Shown: positions 34,154-48,970 of the stretch, one piece after another
Layout of the letters: every line of letters begins with the position of its first letter
Numbering within the stretch: the stretch's first letter is position 1
Source: Hyaloraphidium curvatum SAG 235-1
Lineage: Eukaryota > Fungi > Monoblepharomycota
DNA: 64,000 bases
Direction of reading: 5' to 3'
Assembly (NCBI GenBank): GCA_025558095.1
Contig: JAIVFI010000010.1
Location: forward strand, 248,001-312,000
The notes under the pieces: generated by a model
Database searches by the model: none
What the model saw: only the letters and a program-made list of their open reading frames with translations
Told to the model about the DNA's origin: nothing
Translations under genes and position numbers: made by a program

Positions 34154-36598
34154 CTACACGTCCTCGCGATCCTTCAAATCCTCGGATGCGCGCCGGCCTT
34201 GGTCCCTCGTGACACTCTCCAAGCCGATCGCGTTCGATTGTCCAACGGATAATGCTCGTGATCGTCCGGCGATCCTGATTTCACCCCGGACCTCGTCTTG
34301 CGGGTTTCCGCCCGTTCCCGGCTCTTCGCGGTCCAAGTTGATGCCAAACGGTGCGTCCTCCTCCATGGCGTCATAGCCATAGTCGGAAATCGAAAGCGGA
34401 GAGCGACTGACAAAGTTTGGCGGCGATGGATTGTCGGCCAAAACGGGCGAGGGCCTGCGACCGTGACGAGAGAAACCGGTACGAGCTCCGCCAGCACCGG
34501 CTGGCGACAAACGCCCATCACCCAAATCATCGACATCGCTCGCAGGGCCAGACTCCCCCTCACTGGCCGGGCTGCTCGAGAGGATGGCCGTATTCGGTTC
34601 CAGCAACCTGACTCTCGCCCTGGGAGACGCCGGCGACCCAGAGTACAGGAACTGGCCCAGGCGCGAGGAAGGGCTGCCGATGGCATTCCGTTTCGCGGAA
34701 GCGCCGCCAATGATCAGGGATGCGACGTTGGGCACACTGCCAGCAGCGGATCGGGCGATGTTCATGTAGCGATCCCTGGCGTGGGCCTGGTCCAAAAGGT
34801 TTGGCAAGGGTGGTTCCGCAGCAGCACTGTCCGAACTGTCATCTGTGGCGGCTCTGTCCTCTCCCGCCAGTTGCGGAGGCTGGCCCTCATTTCGACTCTT
34901 CCGGCGCTGCTTTTGCTCCTCCTCGGCTTCGTCGCCGAGCTGTATCATGCCTCTGAAAGACGAAGGGTATGGAATACTGCGGCCGAGAGGCGAAAGGAAC
35001 GGAACGACAGGAGCTGGGGAAGAGGGGAGGGGAGGGGGACGTTGGCTAGTGGGTATCGCCATCGGAGACGACGCTGAGATCGTCGAGGGATTACTGTTGT
35101 CGGAGTGGGGAGCGCTAGTCTCCGAAGCGGTCCGTGATCCTGCAGAACCCGATGTCGGCGTGATTGGCGACTGAGACCTGTTTGGCCTTGTTGCGGCCGG
35201 TGTTTCGGAAACAGGATCCGACTTCCGGCCAGTAAGGGGCTGCGATTCGGCGTCGGCAAGAGCAGCTGTAAGGGCACTGCTGCTCGTGCGGACTGTGAAT
35301 GCCTTCAACGATGGAGCTCCAGAGTTGGGATAGGCGTCAGCGGCGTGCTCCGATCCGCCACCAGCCCTGCTTGTAAGTGTCGCACCCTCGAGCCGACTGG
35401 TGAAGCTGTCCACCAGATCCCCCTTTCCGTTGCTCGACGGGTGGTCGGAAGCATACAATGCATCTTCCAACTCGGCTTCCCGCATTGCTTCCGAGTTGAT
35501 CTCCCTCAGATAATCCAGGTAAGATTTCGGCACCATTCTCTGGATCCACGGGTGGTCCAATATCTCGGCGGCCTCGGGTCTGCGATTCGGGTCCGGATCC
35601 ATCAGCGACTTCACGAAAGACTTGGCACCGTCCGATATCGTCTTCGAAGCAATCACGAAATGACCGCGGATGATCCGATCGTAAGCCTCTAATATCGGTT
35701 GAGAAGGAGGGAAGGGCGAAAACCCAGTCAGGAGCAGGTGGGCCAGCACGCCGAGCGACCAAACGTCCGCGGGGTATGAGTAGCCCAGCTTCTGAACGAT
35801 TTCCTGGAGCGACGATGGCGGTTCAGCAGGGACCCTCTTCGGCGCGAAAGCACCCACGGGAGCAGCATAGCCTGGACTACCACAATAACTCTGCAGAAGC
35901 TCATCGGCAGAGTCCACAGACGTCGAAATACCGAAATCGACGAGCACCAGAGACGAGTCGGGCGACGAATCGCGGAACAAGAGGTTCTCCGGCTTGATGT
36001 CCCTGTGAACTATGCCGCGGGCATGCAGGAAGGCCACCGCGTTGGACACGGTGGCCATGACGATCGCGGCGTCGCGCTCGTTGAATCGTCCGGCGCCAGC
36101 TATCCGCCCAAACAGCTCGCCTCCCGTGCAAAGCGGAAACACCATGTAATAGTTGTCGCGCGTTTCAAAGACGTCCACCAGCTCGATTACGTTCGGGTGC
36201 TTGACACGGCGAAGGATCGAGATTTCCCGCTCGACGATGGACAGCGGCGAGACCGGCTGCTGCTGCTGCGGACCGGAACCCTTCGTCCCGGCTTTCCCGG
36301 TCCCGATTCGCTCCTTCAGCTTCGCCTGCTTCGCTTTGTAGGCCTGCCTCTCCTTCTCCTTCTTCAGAACGAGGCTCTTGTTGATGGTCTTGACGGCATA
36401 CTTCTCGCCCGTCCGGAGATACGTCGCCTCCTTCACGAGGCCGAAGGCTCCCTGTCCGAGCGTGGCACCGAAAGCATAGTCCGCGCGTTTGTACGCGGTG
36501 GCCGGCGGAGGCTCCTTGGCCGACGACGGCCTCGTAGGTGGCGCTTCCGGCAACCCGCCGGTGAGCCGATTCAGGAAGCCGGATAAGAAATTGGGCAT
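34154..36598 (-). CDS. CAMK-group Ser/Thr protein kinase with long disordered C-terminus
   Basis: LGQGAFGLV, YAVK, HPNVIEL, GGELF, HRDIKPEN, DFG, CGSPGYAAP(E) interrupted by an in-frame intron, and DVWSLG. Confidence 0.93.
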   Translation of the reverse strand: MPNFLSGFLNRLTGGLPEAPPTRPSSAKEPPPATAYKRADYAFGATLGQGAFGLVKEATYLRTGEKYAVKTINKSLVLKKEKERQAYKAKQAKLKERIGTGKAGTKGSGPQQQQPVSPLSIVEREISILRRVKHPNVIELVDVFETRDNYYMVFPLCTGGELFGRIAGAGRFNERDAAIVMATVSNAVAFLHARGIVHRDIKPENLLFRDSSPDSSLVLVDFGISTSVDSADELLQSYCGSPGYAAPVGAFAPKRVPAEPPSSLQEIVQKLGYSYPADVWSLGVLAHLLLTGFSPFPPSQPILEAYDRIIRGHFVIASKTISDGAKSFVKSLMDPDPNRRPEAAEILDHPWIQRMVPKSYLDYLREINSEAMREAELEDALYASDHPSSNGKGDLVDSFTSRLEGATLTSRAGGGSEHAADAYPNSGAPSLKAFTVRTSSSALTAALADAESQPLTGRKSDPVSETPAATRPNRSQSPITPTSGSAGSRTASETSAPHSDNSNPSTISASSPMAIPTSQRPPPLPSSPAPVVPFLSPLGRSIPYPSSFRGMIQLGDEAEEEQKQRRKSRNEGQPPQLAGEDRAATDDSSDSAAAEPPLPNLLDQAHARDRYMNIARSAAGSVPNVASLIIGGASAKRNAIGSPSSRLGQFLYSGSPASPRARVRLLEPNTAILSSSPASEGESGPASDVDDLGDGRLSPAGAGGARTGFSRHGRRPSPVLADNPSPPNFVSRSPLSISDYGYDAMEEDAPFGINLDREEPGTGGNPQDEVRGEIRIAGRSRALSVGQSNAIGLESVTRDQGRRASEDLKDREDV

Positions 36599-36829
36599 AG
36601 TCCGCGGCCATGCAATGCTACGCGATCCGCATTACGTTCCGCGGTCCCTCCGAGCGGGCCAGAACCTGGAGACGATGTTGTTGTCGGCCAGCCAGACCAC
36701 TCCGCCGAGAGACCAGCAACCGGGTCTGCCGACGCGACGACGGTACGTGGGAGTTTGCGGACCTCCTATCGGGCGCGTTGCCCGGGCCTGCGCCTGCTTA
36801 ATGGCGCGGCCTCGTTCGCCTTAGGGTGC

Positions 36830-36869
36830 GCTGTTCCAGTGTACGCGGACGAGCGGCGACTGCACGACC
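36830..36869. repeat. 40-bp direct repeat, copy 1 (copy 2 at 40467-40506)
   Basis: gctgttccagtgtacgcggacgagcggcgactgcacgacc matches copy 2 at 37/40 positions. Confidence 0.85.
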
Positions 36870-36970
36870 ACTCAGTCAGCGTCGAGCGATTCCTCGTTGC
36901 AGCGACTGCATTCCCAAGCCTTCATGCTACCAAATACACACGTGCACGGCACAGCTACAATGCATGCGCA

Positions 36971-40246
<3,276 letters not shown>

Positions 40247-40466
40247 TGTGGCCGAGGGCTCGGGGGCAACGCTTGTTGGGAAGGGCGCTGAACGGGCACA
40301 CCCGCGGTCCTCAGCTGCGGCTCAGCCGCCGTGCCGAGCGATGCCGGGCCGCGATATAAGGGCTGCGGCTCCCGATGGTTTGTCGGCCGCGATGGAGCCG
40401 CGGGCTCCCCGAATTCGAGACGAGGAAATGGAACCGCGATTTGGGACTTTCGTCACATTTCAATCT

Positions 40467-40506
40467 GCTGTTCCAGCGTACGCGGACGAGCAGCGACTGC
40501 ACAACC
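40467..40506. repeat. 40-bp direct repeat, copy 2
   Basis: gctgttccagcgtacgcggacgagcagcgactgcacaacc. Confidence 0.85.
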
Positions 40507-40645
40507 TCACAACAGTCGAAAGAGATCACTCTAAATCGCTCAAGAAACAGCCAGCTAAAAGATCAATGGATCAGGGTATAAGTGCAACCCTCTCAGACTC
40601 GTGCTCCTTCGCACTCCGAAGCCTCCAGCTCGGAACGGGTTCCCT

Positions 40646-42086
40646 TCACGCCCCCGACGCCTTCAACTCGGCACGGGCGGGTTGCGTGAGCTGCGACGCG
40701 ACAGGGTCAGATAAAGGTCATGCACGGCCGTCGAGAACGCACGTCGATCTCGTGCTTCTTCAGGAAACCCTCGACGCTGGTGGGGATCTGCTCCAGCAGC
40801 CGCTGCACGTCGTCCGAGACCATCTCCTGCTTGCCACTCCTAACCAGCTCATAGAATTCGAGGAGATAGTTGGCCTCCGAGTCGTCCAGACCCTTCTTGT
40901 TTGCCACAATCATCTCCGCCTCACGCTCGTTGATCGGCCTGTACTCCACTTCCTTGCCCAGGAGGACCGAGGCCGCCCTTGCGATCCGCGAACCGTCGAC
41001 GAGCTCGTTGCCTATCAGGCTGTAGACCTGCGCACTCATGTCAGCAATTGGCACCCGCAACGTGCTGCAATGCGAACCTGATGGTTGTGTGCTTCGATGT
41101 TGGCGCAGACCTGCTCGAAAAGAGGTCATGGCATGTAAAGCTCGATACGCTGTGGATACGCACCTTCATGGCGGCTCCGGACAGATCCTGAATGTCGACC
41201 GGGGCCATCTTTCCGGCGCCAATGGGCTGCCAACGTCCAACGATGGTCAGCCTTTCCGCAACAGGACTCGCACGTCCGACCCACGAGAGCAAGGTAGCCC
41301 TCGTTCAGCTGATCGGCGTAGAGCAGCATGTTCTGCGAGTAGAAGCCGGCACGGAGAATGCAGGACACGGGGAATGCGGCCTCCTTCAGGGCACGTTCGA
41401 TCTCGAGGAACTTGGCAAGCGAGGGCTGCGCCGCGGGCAGATCAGGCTTCAAGTCGTCATCCGGTTGCTGAACATCGATCAACGTACCTTGTCCTCTGCA
41501 TCAGCGCCGATGGAGGAGAGCACGACGCACTTGGTGATGCCAGCATCCCGGACCCCACTGAGCATGTGCCTGGTGAGCTCGATCTTGTCGTGACGCGCCG
41601 GCGGAACCAAGTACGCCACGTCGCAGCCTAGGGAACGATGAGAAGAACAGCTGTAGGGCGTGGGAACTCGTTTTGCGGACGCAACAGCTCACCTTGTGCT
41701 GCCTCGGCGATCGACCTGGGATCCTCGATGTTGACGGTCTTTGCGTTGACGGAGGTCGGGTCGAGTGTCTGCAGGACGGCGACTGCTTCCGGAGCAATGA
41801 CGGCGACGACGACTTCCGCGAAGAGCTTCATCCGGACTGATTCCTCGACGCTGGAAGTACGCGCGCCGAGCGGGTGACACGTGTCAACGCAGGAAGTGAA
41901 CGCCGAGGCCGCAGCCAGTACTGACGCGTAGTAGCCGGTGTAGCCGTCTCCGACAGCGACGAAGAGGCGCTTTCCGGCAATACCCATCGACTGTATGCTG
42001 TCGGTCGCGGGAGCCGACGCCGTCACCGCGCTGGTCAGAACTCCCTCCCGCATGCCGCTGGCGGAGAGAGCCGTAGGGTCCGACAT
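40646..42086 (-). CDS. NmrA-like NAD(P)-binding Rossmann protein, multi-exon
   Basis: VAVGDGYTG, AGITKCVVLSSIGAD, EIERALK, ILRAGFYSQN, MAPVDIQDL, YSLIG and LLGKEVEYRP. Confidence 0.7.
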
Positions 42087-42451
42087 GGTGACGACTTTGG
42101 GAGCGCGGAGAGTTGCTAAGAGCGTGCCGGGGGCTCCGAGCGAGTAGTTGCGTCCTTGTTGTGTCGACGAGGAAGCGATGACGGTGCGGCGAGAAGCCCA
42201 CTTGAGTCGCGCGCGGAGCAAGCATTCGCGCAAACACTTTCCCCACTTCCAAATCGGCCCAAAATGTCGATCAATCTGCGTGGAGATTCGATTATTGCTT
42301 AGCTAGCTTGGCCACGGCGCCGAATCCCAGGATCGCATGGGTCCGTCCATATGGACTACTGGTTTTTCTGACCATCTACCCGGCGCTCTCGGAGGCTACT
42401 TCTCTTCAGCAGGCTACTCCACCTGCCATCCTCGGAATCACTATGAGTTAA

Positions 42452-43063
42452 TTAACGCGTTGGCACACCGTAGCATAACTGGTCTGCCTCCCGGAGGACA
42501 CGATCGAGCACATCGCCCTTCAATTCAAGTTCCAAGTGGACTTCCTTGAAGAACTCTGACCGAGACACTTCGTTGAAGCCGAGTTTCTCAAATAGAGCAA
42601 TCGAGGCGTGGTTGTCCTCCAAGATCTGAGCCCGAAAAGTCCGTAGGCCGAGCTTTGAAGCCGAATAGGCGATGAACAACTGCAAGGCTTCCGCAGCGAT
42701 CCCCTTCCTTCTGCTGCCTTCCTCGGCAACCATGACTTCGATCTCCCCGCGTGTCCGATCGTGCGCGTCGTTCAAATAAAGATTCACGTCCCCGCACGCG
42801 CTGCTGACCTCAAAATCGTCCTCTGGTCCGCCCGAGGTCCTCAAAACATCAAGATCGAGAAGGATAAACGTGCACTTGTCCTCGTCCTCCCGCCAGCTAT
42901 CGCACATCGCGTACTCCTCTTCGAGGGTCAGAGGTTCCGACGCCGTCGTGAGCTGAAGGTGCGGGTTCTTCATCCATTCGTGATACTTGAGCACGTGGAT
43001 CTTCCGATAAGGAACGAGCCGTACGCGTTGGCCGGATATTGTGAGATTGGCGTTGGCTCTCAT
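42452..43063 (-). CDS. NAT9: N-acetyltransferase 9-like GNAT
   Basis: LVPY...HVLKYHEWMK, TASEPLTLEEEY, WREDEDKCTFI, GDVNLYL, GEIEVMVAE..RRKG and SIALFEKLGF. Confidence 0.92.
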   Translation of the reverse strand: MRANANLTISGQRVRLVPYRKIHVLKYHEWMKNPHLQLTTASEPLTLEEEYAMCDSWREDEDKCTFILLDLDVLRTSGGPEDDFEVSSACGDVNLYLNDAHDRTRGEIEVMVAEEGSRRKGIAAEALQLFIAYSASKLGLRTFRAQILEDNHASIALFEKLGFNEVSRSEFFKEVHLELELKGDVLDRVLREADQLCYGVPTR

Positions 43064-43145
43064 GCAGCAGATTGACGCGCGATCCTGCGCGCGATCGCGT
43101 CGCGCGGGTCGCGCGGCAACGCTTCGCAGTGCGCCTAAGCAAACG

Positions 43146-44903
43146 ATGTCCCTGGACCTGCTTGCCGAGCTCGATGATCTCGATGGAGGAGACGAGGAAG
43201 AGGTCGATGAGCTGCCGGTCGCCAACGGGCTCAAACGGACCCACGACGACATGGAGGGAGAGGGAGAGGGCGGAGACGAAGACATGTCGGACGACGACGA
43301 GGAGGCAGAGGCGCGGAAAAAGAACCTGGAGGCCCAGCTCACGGAGAAGCTGAAGGGCGCGGACGACGTCAAGACGGTCGCGAAGCTCCTGAACTCGAAG
43401 AACTTCCAGGAAACGCTCAAGGTGCGCCAACGATGCGTCGGAACTTCGCCGTTCACCCCTGACGCGCGGGCCGGCAGAAAATGGAGCACTTCAAGTCGAT
43501 TCCGCGCCTTCCTGAGCACAACACTGGACCCGTGGAGGACGATCCGGAGTACAAGCTGATAGTGCACGCCAACAACCTCATCTCGGACATTGACAGCGAG
43601 GTCCTCGTGGTGCACAAGTTCCTCCGCGATCAATACGCGCCTCGTTTTCCGGAGCTGGAGCAGCTGGTTCCCAGCCCGTATGACTTTGCCCGCGCCATCA
43701 AGGCGATTGGCACGGAGCCGGACGTGACCAAGGCGGACCTCCGGGCGGTCTTGCCGCCCGCAACGGTCATGATCATCTCGGTCACGGCGACCACCACGAA
43801 CGGGAAACCGCTTCCGTCCGAGAAGCTGCAGAAGATTTTCGAGGCGGTGGACATGCTGGTGGCGCTCGAGGACGCGAAGCGAAAGATCTACGAATACGTG
43901 GAGTCGCGCATGGCCTTCCTTGCGCCCAACATGACGATCCTTGTCGGGGCGTCGACGGCGGCGAAGCTCATGGGCGCGGCGGGAGGGTTGACGGCGCTGT
44001 CAAAGATCCCCGCGTCGAACCTGCAGGTGATTGGAGCCAACAAGAAGACCAACACCGGGCTTTCCGTCCTGGGACAGGAGCGGCACCGTGGCTTCATCTA
44101 TTACTCGGATCTTGTGTTGGACGTGCCCGCGGAGTTCAAGATGAAGACCACGAGGGTGCTGGCGGCAAAGTGCACCCTCGCGGCGCGGATCGACGCCGTC
44201 CGGGAGGCCGCGGACGGTCACCAGGGCCAACGCTTGCGGGAGGAGGTGGAGAAGAAGATCGAAAAGATGCTGGAGCCTCCGCCGGGGAAGAGCATCAAAC
44301 CTTTGGCGGCGCCAATCGAACGGACCAGCAAGAAGCGCGGGGGGCGGAGGGTCCGCAAGATCAAGCAGCAGTACGTCATGACCGAGGTCCGCAAAGCGGC
44401 GAACCGGATGGCGTTCAACGTTGCCGAGGACGAGGCGTTGTACATGGACAGCACCGAGGGCTTGGGGACCTTGGGCAACACCGGCAAAGTGCGGATGAAC
44501 GCGGACGAGCGGGTCAAAGGTTTGTCCCGTGTGACGCGGCAGTCCGAAAGAATGACTGATCTTTGCATTTGCAGTGAAAGTGAACGAGAAGAAGCACAAG
44601 CTGCTCAAAGTGCCAAGCACCTCGAAACCGACTTCCGGCCTGGCTTCTTCGATCGCATTCACCCCTGTACAGGGCATTGAGCTGGCGAACCCACAGGCCA
44701 ACGAGGAACGCCTGAAGCAGCTAAACGACAAGTACTTCAGCGGCTTCCAGAGCTACATCAAGGTCGGGAGCGGCACTCTTCCGGGATCGACAAGCTCGGC
44801 TCCCCCGGGGAGCATGGGACCGCCTCCGCCTCGGCCGCCAGCGGCTGCAGCACCTTCGAACGCCATGGGACCTCGTCCTCCGAGACCGCCGAAGCCGGCA
44901 TAG
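43146..44903 (+). CDS. PRP31: U4/U6 snRNP protein Prp31
   Basis: GPVEDDPEYKLIV, RFPELEQLV, ESRMAFLAPN, KKRGGRRVRK, NRMAF and SGLASSIAFTPVQGIEL. Confidence 0.96.
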
Positions 44904-44978
44904 CTATGTATTCGGGCAATCACTCTGTGATCCCCTGGCGTCTGATCGTTAACGGCCCGTCCACAACAACCGTAAACA

Positions 44979-47045
44979 ATGGCTTCCTCCGCTCCGGAGT
45001 CGGGCGCAGGGGTGCCAGAGGCCTCTTCGACAACCAAACCGGCCATACCAATGGTATCTTCATACCGCGGGCTCGTGGCCCCGATCAAACCGGAGTTCAT
45101 CGTCCCGTTCGTCCCCCCACCTCTACCGGTGGACGGTGCAGGTCCCGCGGACTCGGGAGACCCGAGGGACCGGAAACGCGGGCCGGAGGACGATGAAGGC
45201 CGCAGCGGCGGCAACAAGCGCGGTCGGGGCGGCAAAGGCCAGGGATTCGGGGCGAGGAGGGAACGGACGATTGTCAAGTTCGAGGAGGTGAACCTCTGCT
45301 CCGCGGTCGCGTTCGGCCGGCCGTGTCCTCGAGGCGAGGGGTGCAAGTTCTCCCACGATGTCATGGAGTACCTTGCTTCGAAGCCGGAGGACCTCGGCGA
45401 CACGTGCCCGGCCATGGAGGCCTTCGGACGCTGCCCCGTGGGCGTGAAGTGCAGGTTCGCAAGGGCGCATACCAACATGGAGAACGGAGAGCAGACCGTC
45501 GTCGACGGAAAGGAGGATCAAAGCAAACAGATCCTCAACGCCAACACCACTCAGCTCCAAAAGGACGTGCGGAAAGGGGTGTACCCGCTCAAACGGGCCG
45601 CCGAAGCCGCGGCAGCCATTCAGGCGGAAAAGTCGGCGAAGAAGAAGGACGGTCCTGCCGCTCCATCGGGTGGCGCTGCTGCGATTGCGGCCGCCGCTGC
45701 TGCGCGGGCAGCGTCGGTGCAGGAACCCGCCGCCGAGGAGCAGGTGGACGTTCGGGAAGGTCGGCTGCGACCGCAGGAGAAGAAGCGTATCGATTTCCGC
45801 GGCAAGCTTTACCTCGCGCCGCTGACTACGGTCGGCAACATGCCCTTCCGGCGTATCTGCAAGGGCTTTGGTGCCGATGTGACGTGCTCCGAGATGGCCC
45901 TGGCCCTGAACCTGGTGCAGCAGGACAACAAGGAGTTTGCGCTCATCAAGCGTCACAAGAGCGAGGACCTGTTTGGCGTGCAGATCTGCGGGAACAACCC
46001 CGACGTGATGGCCAAGGCCGCGGAGATGCTCTCTGCCGACACCTACGGCATGAGCGTCGACTTCATCGACATCAACCTCGGCTGCCCGATAGACATGGTC
46101 TACGAAAAGGGCATGGGAAGCGCGCTCCTGGATCGGACCCAGCGCCTTTCCGAGATCGTCCGCTCCGTGGACTACGCTACCCCGCACCCGCTGACGTGCA
46201 AGATCCGCACCGGGGTCTTTTCGAACAAGCCAGTCGCGCACACGCTGGTGCCTTTGTTCGAAAGCTGGAACGTGCAGCTGCTGACGCTCCACGGGCGGTC
46301 GCGAGAGCAGCGGTACAGCAAGCTGGCTGATTGGTAGGCTGCCTTGTCGTGCTGGTTGCCGACGTCACCTCAACACTTCTACAGGGACTACATCGCAAAG
46401 TGCAACGCTAACCGCACGCCGGGCTCCAAGATGGCCTTCTTCGGCAACGGCGACGTCCTCTCGCACGAGGATTACTACGCCGACCTGGAAAAGAGCGGCG
46501 CGGACGGCGTCATGCTCGCCCGCGGCGCCCTCATCAAGCCCTGGCTCTTCACCGAGATCAAGGAGCGCCGGGTGTGGGACATCAGCAGCCGGGAGCGGTT
46601 CGACATGATGTGCGACTACGCGCGCTACGGCCTCGAGAGCTGGGGCACCGACTCGATGGGGATCAACACCACGCGGAGGTTCCTGCTCGAGTGCTGCTCC
46701 TTCTTCTACCGGTACATCCCCGCGGGGCTGCTCGAGGTGCTGCCGCAGAGGATGACGGAGCGGCCGCCGCGCTTCCGGGGGAGGGACGAGCTGGAGACGC
46801 TCATGGCGAGCAACAGCGTGGAGGACTGGATCAAGCTGGTGAACAGGATACCCCTCTTGGGCAAGGCCCCCGAGGGATTCAGGTTGGTACGATTACGGCG
46901 CTGTGGCCGACAACAACCTGACGCCTCCTGCAGGTTCGAACCCAAGCACAAGTCAAACGCGTACGCGATGACGGCCGAGGAAGTTGCCGCCCTCTCGGCG
47001 CGCGGGGTAGCCCCGCCTGCGGACGACGATGAGGCCGAGGGCTGA
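44979..47045 (+). CDS. DUS3: tRNA-dihydrouridine(47) synthase Dus3
   Basis: Two CCCH fingers, [51 protein letters not shown] and RDELETLM. Confidence 0.95.
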
Positions 47046-47084
47046 ATGGTTCAGGAAGGGAATCAATAGATTGAATTACACGCA

Positions 47085-48676
47085 TTAGATCTCTGGCAGC
47101 TTGTTCGTTTCCGACGGCAACGGTAATCGGATATGGTAATCCGCTGGAAGAGCGTTTGAGCGCGGAGAAGCAACCAAGCGGCCAGAGACACCCACGTCCG
47201 TTCTGGGTGATGTAGCGCACCCACGGGAACGCCTGGTACCCGCTCTTCTCGACCACCTTCAGGTACCTGACCTGGATCCCCGACACGGTGAAGTAGGGGA
47301 TCTCGTACCGGACCACGATCGGCGGCCGCTTGTTTGGGTCCTCCGACTTGACCGACGGCAGCCCAAAGTGCGCGCGCATGAGGTACTCCCTCCCCCCTTG
47401 GAACTGCTTGATCTTCCAGACGAACGAGTTGCTCTCGGGCGCGTACGACACGGAGCCGATGGTCGATTTGAACCTCGGCGTGTCGGCGTCCTCGGGCACC
47501 GGCACCACGATCTCGACGTTGTTGGCCGTCGACCGGCGCTTGAACTGCGCCTTGGCCTTGACCATGAACTCTATCCGCGAGCCCGGGTGGGACTCGATCA
47601 CGGCCTCGCACCAGATCAGCGGCTTGACCTGGGTGTTGAGCCGGTAGCTCATGAGCTCGAACTCGCCGTCGGGGGGGATGAAGGAGATGGTGCGGTCCGT
47701 CTCGAAGCGCGAGAGGCGGACGCACTGGTGGAACTTGACGTCCTCCATCTCGATGGATTTGCCGCCCTTGGCCCCGTTGGCTGGTGGGCCGTCAATGGCC
47801 GAAGGAGAGTGCCCCGCGCCGGGCAACCCACCCTTGTCCGCCTCGAACACCACCTTGTCGTTCAGACCCAGCCGCAGCTCCGGCATCCCGCTCAGGTACG
47901 TCTTCATCTTCACCGACCCCACGATCTCGCTCCGCAGCACCGTGCCGCTGGCGTTGGCCAGCAGGTTCACCGACTCGATCACGTCCAGGAACACCTCGTT
48001 CTTGCGGTACCGGATCCCCTCGGACCGCCACGAGACCGCGCTGGTGACGGCCGATGGTGGTCGGACCACGTCCGTTTCGAGGCGGTAGAACTCCTGCGTG
48101 ATGTACCTGGCGGCGACGGGCCGCGGTCAGGTTGAGGTTCCGGGGTCCATACGGAGGCCACGCACTCCTTCAGGATGTTTGTCTCCGTCGTCTGCGGGTA
48201 TCCAAAGTCCATCATTTCGTCCAGCAGCTCGTAGATGACAACGAAGTTGTCCCTAATCGACTCCTCCTCCAGCTCCTTGAAGTACTCGACAAAGACCTGC
48301 CGGGACGCGCCGTCAGGGCCCGCACGCGCCGGGCGGCGGCCAGCGGGCGCGCACATTGATAAGCTTGTGAAGGAAGGCGAAGATGGCCGCGGCGTTGGAG
48401 TTCTTCTTTGTGACGGCGACGAAGTAGACGCCGTTGTGCAGCACGTAGAGGTAGTGCACGCCGTCCTCGGACGTCAGCACCGGCGTCGGCACCTCGCCGT
48501 CCTCCTCCTTCTCCATGAGCAGCGGCATGAACCTGTCGAACGCCGACATCTTTTGGGGCGTGAGCGGCGGCGGGGAGCGGACGCGCGAAGGGGCCCACGG
48601 GGATGTCGCCGCGGTAGTTGCGGGCGATGAGCGACTTGCCCTTCGCGTCCAAGACACTGATAGCGCTCGCGACCAT
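47085..48676 (-). CDS. APM1: AP-1 adaptor complex mu subunit
   Basis: LDAKGKSLIARNYRGD, EESIRDNFVVIYELLDEMMDFGYPQ, VSWRSEGIRYRKNEVFLD, SFIPPDGEF and SGYQAFPWVRYITQNG. Confidence 0.95.
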
Positions 48677-48970
48677 GGCGGCGGCGCCGCGGCTTTGCCG
48701 CAGGCCGGGGAGCGAGGGGCTCGGTGTTTCGTGTCGGGTGGTCTAAGCGAGCGATTTTAGGTGGACGATTTTGTTCGGGTCAAGGGTCTGCCCGCGATAC
48801 CATTTTTTGCCCTAGAATCGGCGGCTCCAATCCCAGCCATCGACGCGCCGCCTGACCGACGCCCTTCCGAATCTCCGCGGTCGTACGCCCGCCGATGGGC
48901 GCCCCGTGCCTCCGCGGGCCTCCGCGGCGCGCGCCGCTATCGGCGTAATGCGCGCCCGCCGGCCGACGGA

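Noticed and set aside
36821-36826. TTAGGG next to the 40-bp repeat
   Set aside because: A single hexamer, absent from the second copy; not a telomeric array.
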